From a virus (lineage: Duplodnaviria > Caudoviricetes): 64,000 nucleotides of DNA. Both the position numbers and the translations under genes were made by a program. The first letter of the stretch is position 1; each line of letters begins with the position of its first letter. The DNA is taken from positions 1 to 64,000 of IMG/VR virus record IMGVR_UViG_2791354873_000003; one strand, given 5' to 3'. Below the pieces are notes generated by a model. It saw only the letters and a list, made by a program, of their open reading frames with translations, ran no database searches and was not told where the DNA came from. Shown piece by piece: positions 16,468 to 25,373 of this stretch.

Positions 16468-17451
16468 ATGCAATTCACCGTCACGATCAACCAGGCGAAG
16501 GCGCTGAACTGGGGATTGAATGCCCAGCAAGCGCTGCTGTTCGCGTTCGTCTACGAGTGCCCAAGCTGGGCCAAGTTGGTCAAGACGGACAAAGGCGATT
16601 TCTACGCCTTGAGCAAGGCGAAGATCGTCGAAGAGCTGCCACTGCTCACCGACAAACCGGACACTGCCTATCGCCTCCTGAAAGCGATTGCTGGCGCCGG
16701 TCTGATCAATCTCTCCAGCACCAACAACATCACGCTGGTGCAGCTCACAGCAAAGGGCAAGGAGTGGAACAAGAAGCTGGACGGGTCGGAAAAATATCCG
16801 ACCAAAAAAGAGAGGGTCGGAAAAAAATCCGATCCTTCACCTCGGAAAAAAATCCGAGCAGGGTCGGAAAAATCTCCGATCAAGGTCGGAAAAATATCCG
16901 AGCCTGGGTCGGAAAAATCTCCGACAAATCAGGATACCAGTAATCAGGATACCAATCAGGGTACCAGTCACAGTGTGCAGGAGGCCCCGACTGCGCCGTC
17001 GCAACCTGCCGCGCTGACGCTGGTTTCGTCTGCCGCGCCGCGCTGCGAAATTCCAGCGGACATGCCAGGGCCGAAAGACCCGGCCTGCAAAACCTTCAAG
17101 GCCTGGGCCAACTACGCCATGGCCTACCGCAGCCGCCACGGCGCATGGCCGGTATGGAACGCCAAAGCCGGTGGGCAGATCGGGCAACTGGTAGACCGCT
17201 TGGGTGTCGATGTCGCCCACCACGTCGCGGCGTACTTCGTTCGGATCAATGACAGCAAGCTGGTCAACCGCATGCACAGCCTTGGTGACCTGCTTCAGAA
17301 CGCCGAGGCCTACCACACCCAATGGGTCACCAATCGCCAGATGACTGGCACCACTGCCCGCCAGATCGAGCAAACCCAAGCCAACGTCAGCGCCGCCGAG
17401 CAGGCGTTGCAAGCGCAGCGAGCCAAGAGGGCTGCAAGCCATGCTGAGTGA
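16468..17451 (+). CDS. Replication initiator (O-like) carrying the origin
   Basis: N-terminal wHTH-like region; internal iterons; position after cII. Confidence 0.85.
   Translation: MQFTVTINQAKALNWGLNAQQALLFAFVYECPSWAKLVKTDKGDFYALSKAKIVEELPLLTDKPDTAYRLLKAIAGAGLINLSSTNNITLVQLTAKGKEWNKKLDGSEKYPTKKERVGKKSDPSPRKKIRAGSEKSPIKVGKISEPGSEKSPTNQDTSNQDTNQGTSHSVQEAPTAPSQPAALTLVSSAAPRCEIPADMPGPKDPACKTFKAWANYAMAYRSRHGAWPVWNAKAGGQIGQLVDRLGVDVAHHVAAYFVRINDSKLVNRMHSLGDLLQNAEAYHTQWVTNRQMTGTTARQIEQTQANVSAAEQALQAQRAKRAASHAE
16786..16970. repeat. Replication origin: six TCGGA-N6-TCCGA iterons plus three AATCAGG(A/G)TACC repeats
   Basis: Iterons start at 16786, 16817, 16842, 16864, 16886 and 16909, with A-tract spacers. 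Confidence 0.9.
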
Positions 17452-18244
17452 AGACCAGCAAGACCAACTGTTGCTGTCCCTGTTCGCCACTGCCGAGGTG
17501 ATGGGGCAGCAACTCACCCAAGGCGCTGCGCTGCTGATGGTCGAGGACCTACGCGAGCACAGCGAACCCGTTCTGAGTGGCGCGCTCCGCAACTGTCGCC
17601 GCGACGGTGGCCGGCTGACGGTGGCCGCGATCCTCAAGCACGCCCAGGCCGCTGACGGCCACCCTGGCAAGGACGAGGCCTGGGCCATCGCCCTGTCGGC
17701 CAGCGACGAAAGCGAAACAGTGGTGATGACCGCCGAAATTCGCCAGGCGATGACTGCTTCTGGCCCAGTTTTGGAGGCTGGCGACAAGGTAGGCGCACGC
17801 ATGGCCTTCATGAGTGCCTACGAACGCCTGGTGGCCGCCGCAAGGGCTGAGGCGACTCCAGCTAAGTGGGAAGTCTCCCTGGGTTACGACGCTGCACGCC
17901 GCGTCACTGCAATCGAATCCGCTGTGCGCTCGAAACTGATCAGCCATGAGGCTGGCGCGAAGCATTTGGCTCACCTGCAGATTGCGCCACCCAGCGAGGA
18001 CGGATTAGCCATTGCCGGGCTAATCACTGGGCAGGCCCGGGCTAAGGCCAGCCCCGAAGTGCGGCAAAAGCTCGCCGAGGTCCGCTGCATCATCGAGGCC
18101 GCCCAGGCGAAGAAAGACCACCTGCGCGCCAAGGATTCCCAGCGCCGCCGAGTGGAAACCTATCTGCGTAAGCGGCAGACGCGTGCCGCCATCGCTCAGT
18201 TGAACATCAAGCGCGCCGGGCAGCCGGCCGGGGAGGGGGTGTGA
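17441..18244 (+). CDS. Replication accessory protein (P-like position, putative helicase loader)
   Basis: Overlaps the initiator stop; function inferred from synteny only. Confidence 0.7.
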   Translation: MLSEDQQDQLLLSLFATAEVMGQQLTQGAALLMVEDLREHSEPVLSGALRNCRRDGGRLTVAAILKHAQAADGHPGKDEAWAIALSASDESETVVMTAEIRQAMTASGPVLEAGDKVGARMAFMSAYERLVAAARAEATPAKWEVSLGYDAARRVTAIESAVRSKLISHEAGAKHLAHLQIAPPSEDGLAIAGLITGQARAKASPEVRQKLAEVRCIIEAAQAKKDHLRAKDSQRRRVETYLRKRQTRAAIAQLNIKRAGQPAGEGV

Positions 18245-18477
18245 TGGACAAGCCCGATTTGAAGCGCGCAGGCCATCTGTATAACCAGATGCCGGCAGGC
18301 GCCCGAAAACTGATGCATGCATGCCTCATGGAAAACGAGCTTCGCCTGATCAAGCGCGAGCAGGACCTGATCATGGAGCGCGCCAAGAAGGCAGTAGCCG
18401 AACACCAGGTTCGATTCAACAAAATCAAGCGCGACCTGGATCAGGCGCTGCTCGAAATCGAGAAGGGGCAGCACTGA
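18241..18477 (+). CDS. Hypothetical coiled-coil protein
   Basis: Coupled ORF. Confidence 0.65.
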   Translation: MMDKPDLKRAGHLYNQMPAGARKLMHACLMENELRLIKREQDLIMERAKKAVAEHQVRFNKIKRDLDQALLEIEKGQH

Positions 18478-18734
18478 TGGACACCAACAAGATGCGCGAG
18501 CAGTTCGAGACCAGCCCGAAGTTCAGGGGTATGGATTTCACGCGGTCGTCCACGCACCCCGAGTTCTACGAAAGCCCATATGCAAATGGCGCCTGGGATG
18601 GCTGGCAGGCCTCCCGCGCCGCCGTGGTGGTGGAGCTGCCAATGTTCGACGGCTACCCGGCCAGCATGGAGCGTGACATGCGCGAATCGCTGCGTTCTGC
18701 GATCGAGGCCCAAGGCCTTAAGGTGACCCCATGA
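18477..18734 (+). CDS. Phage hypothetical protein (MREQFE...W.GWQASRA motif)
   Basis: TGATG coupling; motif common in nin-region proteins. Confidence 0.7.
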   Translation: MDTNKMREQFETSPKFRGMDFTRSSTHPEFYESPYANGAWDGWQASRAAVVVELPMFDGYPASMERDMRESLRSAIEAQGLKVTP

Positions 18735-18862
18735 AGCGCGTATGGACCGTAATCGTAGGCCCCAAGGCCTTCCAGATGGTGCTGATGGAGCAGAGCCTGC
18801 ACCGTGCTGGCGCGCTGCGTGAGGCGCAGTTGATTTGGCCTGAGTGTGAGGTGGTGGGATGA
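18731..18862 (+). CDS. 43-aa phage protein (not in ORF track)
   Basis: Hand translation MKRVWTVIVGPKAFQMVLMEQ...ECEVVG*; ATGA-coupled at both ends. Confidence 0.6.
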   Translation: MKRVWTVIVGPKAFQMVLMEQSLHRAGALREAQLIWPECEVVG

Positions 18863-19266
18863 GCATCGACAAGCAAGAAATCAAGGAGCTGGCCCTGGCT
18901 TGCGACCCAGCCAAGTGCGCAGATGAGGCCGAGGAGGGCCGGCGCCTGGCCGAGTTCTACAGCGAGCTGACGCCTGAGACTGTCCTGGCCCTGCTCGCGG
19001 AGATCGAGCGACTTGGAACCTGGAGCACCGCATTCCTTGCCGAGCGCGAGGCGCAGATCCGTCAGCGCGACCAGCACAAGGCCGAGAACGAGGCGCTGCG
19101 TAAGCGAGTTTCCGATTTGTCTCCATTCAGGGGCGCCCCTTTGGCCGGCCCAGATACGCGCTGCCTTGCATGCGGTGAGCACCATTACGGGCTGGGTGGG
19201 CTGCCTTGCCCGAAAATGACCTCGTTTGCTCTTAAAGCATCGGGCAAGGGGACTAGTCATGGCTGA
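18859..19266 (+). CDS. Ead/Ea22-like protein
   Basis: I.K..IK.LA...TPETVLALLAEIE motif. Confidence 0.65.
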   Translation: MSIDKQEIKELALACDPAKCADEAEEGRRLAEFYSELTPETVLALLAEIERLGTWSTAFLAEREAQIRQRDQHKAENEALRKRVSDLSPFRGAPLAGPDTRCLACGEHHYGLGGLPCPKMTSFALKASGKGTSHG

Positions 19267-19729
19267 CCGAATCAGCGTCAACAGCACTACCAAGCTCTCC
19301 GAGGCCATCAGCAAGCTTACCAACATGTTCCGCGACAAGAAGTTTGTGGTGGTCAGCCTGCGCCCAGGCAAGGATCGCACCCTGGACCAGAACGCGCTGT
19401 GGTTCGCCTTCTACAAGCGCATCGCTGAGATGACCCAGATCGGCGACGCGGCGGACGCCCGGCGCTACTGCAAGCTGCACATCGGCGTGCAGATCCTGTT
19501 GAACGAAGACGCCGAGTTCCAGCAGGCGTGGTACCGGGTCATGCGCCACCTACCGTACGAGGAGAAGCTGGCGATGATGGGCGAGTGCAAGCTCTTCGGC
19601 CCGGACGGTTTCCCGGTGACCAGCCTGTTCAACCGCGCCCAGGGCGTGGCCTACACCGACCGCATCCTGGCCGAGTTCACGCCCAAGGGTGTCTTCTTCG
19701 GCGACTTGGTGGGCGAGGTGGCGGCATGA
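19259..19729 (+). CDS. NinB-like protein
   Basis: RTLDQNALW motif, nin-region position. Confidence 0.65.
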   Translation: MADRISVNSTTKLSEAISKLTNMFRDKKFVVVSLRPGKDRTLDQNALWFAFYKRIAEMTQIGDAADARRYCKLHIGVQILLNEDAEFQQAWYRVMRHLPYEEKLAMMGECKLFGPDGFPVTSLFNRAQGVAYTDRILAEFTPKGVFFGDLVGEVAA

Positions 19730-20025
19730 AGAGCCAGGAAGCAAACCTCAAGCGGAACAAGGACCAAGGCGTTTTCGCGGCGCCGGGCTGGCGGGGGCTG
19801 TATGGCCATGGCCTAACTCGGCGTGGTGTGCAGTGTGTGGTTCTCGCTGCATCAGGGAAGAGTGGTAAGCAGATCGCTCGCGAGCTCGGCATTTCGCCGG
19901 GCACGGTAACTAGCAGGATGGCTGATGCCCGCCTGCACCTGAAGGCATCCAACCGCACGGAACTTGTCGCCAAGGCAGTTGCAGCAGGGATTATCTACTC
20001 ATCGGAGGCCGAGTCATGCGCGTAG
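19726..20025 (+). CDS. Stand-alone LuxR/GerE-type HTH protein
   Basis: LT.R...V.L.ASGKS.KQIARELGIS.GTV......AR.HL...NRTELV..A...GI. Confidence 0.85.
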   Translation: MKSQEANLKRNKDQGVFAAPGWRGLYGHGLTRRGVQCVVLAASGKSGKQIARELGISPGTVTSRMADARLHLKASNRTELVAKAVAAGIIYSSEAESCA

Positions 20026-20618
20026 CCGAGATCAAGCCGAAGAAGTGCAAGGCCCCAGGCTGCGGCCAGCGCTTCAAGCCCATGCTATCGACGCAGAAGG
20101 TATGCAGCCCGGCCTGCGCGCTGGCTATGGCCAAAGACCCGCAGCTCCAAAAGGTCGCGGCCAAGGCCATCACCAAGCAGGCCCGGGAAGACCTCAAGGA
20201 GCGCCGGGATAAGCTGAAGACGCGCCGCGAGCACATGTCCGAGGCCCAGACTGCTTTCAATGCCTACATCCGGGAGCGGGACGCCGGCCTGCCGTGTATC
20301 AGCTGCGACTCGCTGCCCAGCGACAGCGACTTGATAACGGGAAGTCGCTGGGACGCCGGCCATTACCGCTCGGTCGGCGCCTGTCCAGAGCTGCGCTTCG
20401 AGCCGCTGAACGTCCACCGCCAGTGCGTCAGGTGTAACCGCAACCTTTCAGGTAACGCGGTCGAGTACCGCATCCGGTTGGTGAAGCGCATCGGTGCCGA
20501 CCAGGTGGAGTGGCTTGAAGGGCCTCATCAGCCCCAGCGCCTGACCATCGAAGACCTGCAGGCCATCAAGGCCACCTATCGCCAGAAACTCAAGGACCTC
20601 CGGAGGGCCGCAGCATGA
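20016..20618 (+). CDS. ninG: NinG/Rap recombination endonuclease
   Basis: CK..C...F.P......VCS..CA, FN.YIR.RD...PCISC, DAGHYRS, C..CN motifs. Confidence 0.92.
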   Translation: MRVAEIKPKKCKAPGCGQRFKPMLSTQKVCSPACALAMAKDPQLQKVAAKAITKQAREDLKERRDKLKTRREHMSEAQTAFNAYIRERDAGLPCISCDSLPSDSDLITGSRWDAGHYRSVGACPELRFEPLNVHRQCVRCNRNLSGNAVEYRIRLVKRIGADQVEWLEGPHQPQRLTIEDLQAIKATYRQKLKDLRRAAA

Positions 20619-21298
20619 AATATCAGAACGTGGTATCCGCAGTAGTGCGCGCCCTGGCGGCAGAGACGATCAACAGCGCTGGTGGCTGCAGTGTTGAGCC
20701 CAGGGTGCAGACCAGCAAACTGAAAGGGGAAATCACCGGCAAAGACGCGGCGCTGCTGGCCGACTGTATCGTGCACAAGATGCTGCATGCTCAGCTCAGC
20801 TCCAGGCACTGGCACGCGCTGCTGGCCAGGTACAGCACGCATAAGGGGCGCAAGCTCCAGGCCATCTGCGCGCTGATACCAGTTGTTCCCACGCCCGCGC
20901 CCAAGCGGTTCACCCAGCAGGCCGTGATGGTGTGGGCCGTGCCGGAGCAGCGCAAGGGTGTGCAGCGCGTAGCGGTCCAGGCCAAGCCTGCCGAGGTGCG
21001 CGAGTGCGACAAGGGCGAGGATCGCTGGGCCTGGCGCAACCAAGCCGCACAGCGTGCCGTGGAGCGGGCCAACGCCCAAGCCAGGTCAGTGGCTGAGGAG
21101 CGCCCGGGTGACATGATCGTGCTGGCAGCCTCGAACTACGACATGACCACATGGGATGAGCAGGGACTGACGGAGCGGACGTATCAACGTTGGAACAAGG
21201 CCATACGCGGGTCGCTGGAAGGGATGGTGAACGAGGCACTGGTCGAGGCCCAGCACATGCTGGAGGCCGTGGGTGTTCTTGCAAGCGAGGCAGCGTAA
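20615..21298 (+). CDS. Late antiterminator, Q-like
   Basis: Last gene before the late leader, after ninG; function inferred from synteny. Confidence 0.65.
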   Translation: MKYQNVVSAVVRALAAETINSAGGCSVEPRVQTSKLKGEITGKDAALLADCIVHKMLHAQLSSRHWHALLARYSTHKGRKLQAICALIPVVPTPAPKRFTQQAVMVWAVPEQRKGVQRVAVQAKPAEVRECDKGEDRWAWRNQAAQRAVERANAQARSVAEERPGDMIVLAASNYDMTTWDEQGLTERTYQRWNKAIRGSLEGMVNEALVEAQHMLEAVGVLASEAA

Positions 21299-21316
21299 AA
21301 AGTCCCTGGAAAGGGC

Positions 21317-21346
21317 TTGCAATATCATGTCGCCATGTCGCAATAT
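21317..21346 (+). promoter_or_regulatory. Putative late promoter PR'
   Basis: TTGCAA-N18-CAATAT directly after Q. Confidence 0.4.
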
Positions 21347-21536
21347 ATGCCCATCCTGTCATTCCTGCGCTCTGTGTAGGAGTGCTTAACGAGCAGCGAG
21401 CTTAAGCTCAAGCGGTAGCGATGGCGGGTTGTTGATGGTTGGGGGTCTGGTATGGATAGTTACAATGTGGTTCCTGCTAGCACTGATTGATACACCAATC
21501 GCAGTACAACGATCCGGACAAGAAGGAGGTAGTCGC

Positions 21537-21641
21537 ATGAAGAAAGTTATGTGGAAAACCCTGATTAGTTTCTCGGCAAACGCATCAACAGCTCTCGGCG
21601 TCAACAGCCTGCCATCCCTCACCATTACAGGTCTTCGATAG
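21537..21641 (+). CDS. 34-aa peptide in the late leader
   Basis: Strong SD AAGGAGGT 6 nt before ATG; MKKVMWKTLISFSANASTALGVNSLPSLTITGLR. Confidence 0.5.
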   Translation: MKKVMWKTLISFSANASTALGVNSLPSLTITGLR

Positions 21642-21697
21642 TTTCGGAGATCTAGTCAGCTTCAACGTGTCGCTTGTCCGGCACACCAAATTTAAGG

Positions 21698-21725
21698 ACC
21701 CGGACCTCGCGCCGGGTTTTTTATT
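21698..21725 (+). terminator. Terminator in the late leader (tR'-like)
   Basis: ACCCGG-N8-CCGGGT followed by a T run. Confidence 0.75.
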
Positions 21726-21791
21726 GCCCGCAAAGGGCCTCAAGAAGGCCTGCTATAAGTATCTTGTCCTGACTCAGGCAGGGGCAGGCAT

Positions 21792-22181
21792 TCAGAAATC
21801 TGATTTTCTGAAGGTTTTATCGCCAGACTGATCATTGCGGATTGTTAGTTCGCCGCCCGCTACCGAATAGGTGGTTGTTGCATCCCCCTCAGAATAACGG
21901 TTCCGCCAGCGCCCCCAGGTGCGGGTATCGTTCAAGAACGTTGACCAAACAACAGTGTCGTCGCTTACCTGGCATCGGTATCTGAAAGAGTCTCCATCAG
22001 GACGCTTGTAAGAGATCTCGGGTACCGCACCATGCGATCTGGTCTTCATCTTTTTGGTGGGTCGGCTCATTTCCACGGAAATTGCAGCCTTGCAGATCTC
22101 CACGCTTGTGAAATCGCTTGCTTGCACACCTTGAGCCACGCCTAGCACTGCGAGCGATACCGCGGCTACATACTTTTTCAT
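21792..22181 (-). CDS. Exported hypothetical protein (moron)
   Basis: Signal peptide ending VQA; two Cys; antisense to late genes. Confidence 0.8.
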   Translation of the reverse strand: MKKYVAAVSLAVLGVAQGVQASDFTSVEICKAAISVEMSRPTKKMKTRSHGAVPEISYKRPDGDSFRYRCQVSDDTVVWSTFLNDTRTWGRWRNRYSEGDATTTYSVAGGELTIRNDQSGDKTFRKSDF

Positions 22182-22240
22182 TCCCTTGTCCTCAGCTTTG
22201 TTGGCCAGGGGATTTTACATGCACATACGGAGTCGAGCGC

Positions 22241-22567
22241 ATGGAGTTTTTTCACCGCCTGCTCGACAAGCTCGACTGGGCAATAGCGGGCCTATTGGGG
22301 GCCTTGGTTGCCACCCGCTGGCACAAGGATGACCTGACGGACCGCAAGGCCTGGATTCTATTCTTGCTCACTGGTATGGCTTGCGCTCACTACCTTACTG
22401 GGATGGTCAGCGCATACTTCGGGATCGTTGAGCCACGCAGCGTGGCAGGCGTCGGGTTTCTACTGGGCACCTTCGGCGGATCACTCATCGCTGCCGTAAC
22501 CCGCGCCATCAAGGCCGCTGATCTCTGGTCTGTCATCAGGTCCAAGTTCGGGGGGCCAAACGGATGA
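22241..22567 (+). CDS. Putative holin
   Basis: 108 aa, three TM segments, basic C-terminus; first late gene. Confidence 0.75.
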   Translation: MEFFHRLLDKLDWAIAGLLGALVATRWHKDDLTDRKAWILFLLTGMACAHYLTGMVSAYFGIVEPRSVAGVGFLLGTFGGSLIAAVTRAIKAADLWSVIRSKFGGPNG

Positions 22568-22875
22568 TTCTCGAATACGTTAATGCGCTGGCTGCCGGCG
22601 TGATCGCCCTGTGGGCATCCTGGGCAGTCCTGAGCGGAAGGGTGCGAGATGGGGTAATCGGCAAAATCCTCTACTCGATCATCGCCCTGAGCGGCTACGC
22701 CATCCTGGCCAGGTCGGACCGGATGTTCTTCACCCCGAACACCGCCGGCGTGACGATGCACGTCGCCCTGGCCCTGGCCGGTATCCGGCACATGTTCGTG
22801 GTGACCTATTGGCCGAGGGTAAAGCGCTGGATCTGCCGGCGTCTGGACTGTGACCTGTGCAAGCAATCCAAGTGA
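22564..22875 (+). CDS. Holin-partner membrane protein
   Basis: Three TM segments, coupled to the holin. Confidence 0.65.
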   Translation: MILEYVNALAAGVIALWASWAVLSGRVRDGVIGKILYSIIALSGYAILARSDRMFFTPNTAGVTMHVALALAGIRHMFVVTYWPRVKRWICRRLDCDLCKQSK

Positions 22876-22921
22876 TGCGCGCCACAAAATCATGAGTTGC
22901 CATTTTGTGGCGCGAAGATAT

Positions 22922-23254
22922 CTAGTCCTTCATCGGGCTGGCTTGTTTTTGCATCACCGGGTAATTCAGCCACCCATCATGGGCGAATGGTTGCTTGAAA
23001 TTGCGGGTAACCTCAAACAGATTTTCGCTGTTCCGCCCATTGGGAAAGGTAACAGTCACGGCGTAAATCGATTGCCAGCCTGGGAACGGTTCCAGCCTGA
23101 AACTGATGAGGCCGGCCCTCTTGACCATCGACAGGCTGCCATCAGCGCCAGCAGTGATCGACCGGTCACCGGGCTGAAATTCAAAATCAATATCTTCAAA
23201 CGACAAGTCATCAGCGTTAGACGAGAAGAACGTCAAATTTCCTGTGCCTTTCAT
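22922..23254 (-). CDS. AT-rich hypothetical protein (moron)
   Basis: 110 aa, beta-rich pattern, antisense to late genes. Confidence 0.6.
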   Translation of the reverse strand: MKGTGNLTFFSSNADDLSFEDIDFEFQPGDRSITAGADGSLSMVKRAGLISFRLEPFPGWQSIYAVTVTFPNGRNSENLFEVTRNFKQPFAHDGWLNYPVMQKQASPMKD

Positions 23255-23395
23255 AAAATGCTCCTATTCATGATGAGCTTCACTCATAGCTCCCAAATCA
23301 TGAGCATTCAACAAAAAGAGGCGCGATAGTCTCAAAGAATTCGCGATGGCGCTGACAACAGCACTTCAAGGGCACCCCTACTGCGAGGAATATGT

Positions 23396-23587
23396 ATGAG
23401 CAACGTGACACGTATGCGGCATGTCCTGCCGCTCCCTGCCGATGTGGTAGCTGCAACGAATGCGCTTGACTCGGCCTTGATCAAGGCCATTGATACCGCA
23501 AAGGAAGCCGGGCTTCCTCAGGGACTGATCGCCGCGATACTACACGGCCAAGCGCATGCCGAAACGCACAAGATGGTGTCCTCCTGA
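23396..23587 (+). CDS. Small phage hypothetical protein
   Basis: GAGGA SD; typical pre-terminase small gene. Confidence 0.7.
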   Translation: MSNVTRMRHVLPLPADVVAATNALDSALIKAIDTAKEAGLPQGLIAAILHGQAHAETHKMVSS

Positions 23588-23831
23588 AGGTCGTTGAGTA
23601 TCGGCGAGAGGGGTGGCGCGGCACGGTCAAAGCGCTACGCAAGATCGCTGACGACCTGGAGCAGGGCAACATTCATCCATGCACCATTGTGGCGGTCGCG
23701 CTTCGTTACCCGACGGGAAGGTGACGGCTTTCGGCGTCGGCCCGGTTGCAGATGACCTCCAGGCCCTGGCGCTGTCCAGACTGGCGGAGCAGCAGCTGAT
23801 TGATGTGCTTCTGGATTGCGGGGAAGGGTAG
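23584..23831 (+). pseudogene. Frameshifted small phage gene
   Basis: KVVEYRREGW...LRKIADDLE reads in one frame and KVTAFGVGP..DDLQAL...QLIDVLL in another; span 248 nt (one short of 83 codons); no ATG. Confidence 0.55.
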
Positions 23832-23862
23832 GTGTGCCGCAGGTGAGTGCGGCACAGGCGGA

Positions 23863-24078
23863 TTACTTGACTTTCAGGGCTTCTTGGATCTGGTCAGCGT
23901 ATTTGCTGAGGTTATTCATTTCTCTATCAAGGTGCGTGCCGTGAGTGGTCGTTGTGGTGACCCGAGCGGCAATAACCTCAAGAGCCGCAGCTACTGCCAC
24001 TGCTCTCTTGCGATCATTGCTGAGTTCGCAATAGGCCAGAGAACCGGTTTCTGTTAGAGCTTTAAGTGGTACAGACAT
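23863..24078 (-). CDS. Small hypothetical protein (moron)
   Basis: AAGGA SD; helical, ends YADQIQEALKVK. Confidence 0.7.
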   Translation of the reverse strand: MSVPLKALTETGSLAYCELSNDRKRAVAVAAALEVIAARVTTTTTHGTHLDREMNNLSKYADQIQEALKVK

Positions 24079-24153
24079 TGGCAAATCCTTTCATTGATTG
24101 ATCTCCATCAATAGCGGCAGTCTGCCACTATTTCAAGTATCAGAGACCCCTTA

Positions 24154-24204
24154 ATGACCACCAAGCAGCCCTACTGGGAGGCGATCGAGCGAGCCTTTCG
24201 GGCC
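24154..24204 (+). pseudogene. Vestigial N-terminus of a different terminase small subunit
   Basis: MTTKQPYWEAIERAFRA resembles the recalled MxxxxPDWEAIERAYRAG HTH start of phage TerS; similarity then stops. Confidence 0.5.
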
Positions 24205-24330
24205 AGGCCTATCTATTCCAAACAAGCACGATTTGGCGCAGACCAACCCAATGTTGAGCTGATCTGCTCAGTGGTGTGGATCGATATGTCAGCACCAGCT
24301 ACCTTGAGGGTTCACGCAAGGAGTTTGGAC

Positions 24331-24564
24331 ATGTCAGATAAATACGTTGGAAAGCTCACGGGCGTAGGCACGGACAATGTGAGGTACGTGATCAACATCT
24401 ATCAGGACGAGACAGTTGAGCGCTCATCCCGAGGCATGGTTCGACATGAAGGTATGAAGCATTTCGAAATGCAACGCGGTGGTCAAGTGAAAAAGATTTC
24501 TGAGACTGAGTACGAAATTGTGGCCACGGGAGTGAGGATCACTGTGTGTGATGACCAAAACTAA
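24331..24564 (+). CDS. 77-aa hypothetical protein
   Basis: AAGGAG SD 7 nt before MSDKYVG; more plausible than the 24154 start. Confidence 0.6.
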   Translation: MSDKYVGKLTGVGTDNVRYVINIYQDETVERSSRGMVRHEGMKHFEMQRGGQVKKISETEYEIVATGVRITVCDDQN

Positions 24565-24727
24565 CAGCGTTGGTCTGTAATGCCGGTATCTGGATGAGCG
24601 CGCCGAATGTTAGGCTGGATGAATTAATGATTATGCCTAGCCTACGTCGAACGTCAGCCCCCGGGCGAATCCCTGTCCGCATCGAACCAATTCTTGCCGC
24701 ACCATCATTTCAAGCTCAAGGTGATCT

Positions 24728-25342
24728 ATGGATAGGCCATATCCACCATCGTCACTGCTTGAGCTGTCCGACTTCGGCATCCGCCTGACCCCAGCCCCTG
24801 AAGTTTGGGAGTGGATCCAAGCCGAGATCCTCGCTGACACCGGCAGCATTCACAACGAAGACCATGCCCACCTATTGGATGCTGACATCCGGGTTATGTG
24901 GGCGTCTTCGAGCGTCGCCAAACAGGGCCGTACAGTCTTGGGCCAGGCCGAACAGGTAGCGTTTCGCGCTGGCGGCTGGCAGAAGGCTCGGATGGAGCAA
25001 CAGATGCGTGATTGGTTCGGCGATGTGCCGGCCTTCATCATCACCTTGGCTGCTGACTACTGCGCCCAGTGCAGCGACGTTGAGTTCTGTGCACTCCTGG
25101 AGCACGAGCTGTATCACCTGGCTCACGCGACCGACAAGTACGGCCAACCAGCATTCACCCAAGACGGCGCACCAAAGATCAAGCTGCAGAGCCATGACGT
25201 CGAAGAGTTCGTCGGTGTGGTGAGGCGCTACGGTGCCAGCCACGAAGTACAGCAGCTGATCGACGCTGCAAGCCGGCCGCCTGAGGTGGCCAAGATCAAC
25301 ATTTCGAGGGCCTGCGGAACCTGTCTGCTTAAGTTGGCCTGA
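24728..25342 (+). CDS. Putative phage metallopeptidase
   Basis: HELYH (HExxH) and HDVEEF motifs; pre-terminase position. Confidence 0.85.
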   Translation: MDRPYPPSSLLELSDFGIRLTPAPEVWEWIQAEILADTGSIHNEDHAHLLDADIRVMWASSSVAKQGRTVLGQAEQVAFRAGGWQKARMEQQMRDWFGDVPAFIITLAADYCAQCSDVEFCALLEHELYHLAHATDKYGQPAFTQDGAPKIKLQSHDVEEFVGVVRRYGASHEVQQLIDAASRPPEVAKINISRACGTCLLKLA

Positions 25343-25373
25343 TGTGAGACAGGCATGAGACGGAATCCAATCT

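Noticed and set aside
16786-16924. Regular repeats as a possible CRISPR array
   Set aside because: Spacers only 6-15 bp, inside a replication ORF, no cas genes; they fit iterons.
21300-21800. tRNA genes after Q (common in lambdoid phages)
   Set aside because: No cloverleaf, T-loop GTTCGA context or CCA pattern seen here; none noticed elsewhere by eye, and a tRNAscan run would be decisive.
24154-24564. 136-aa ORF as a single gene
   Set aside because: Better explained as a TerS relic plus an internal SD-led 77-aa gene.
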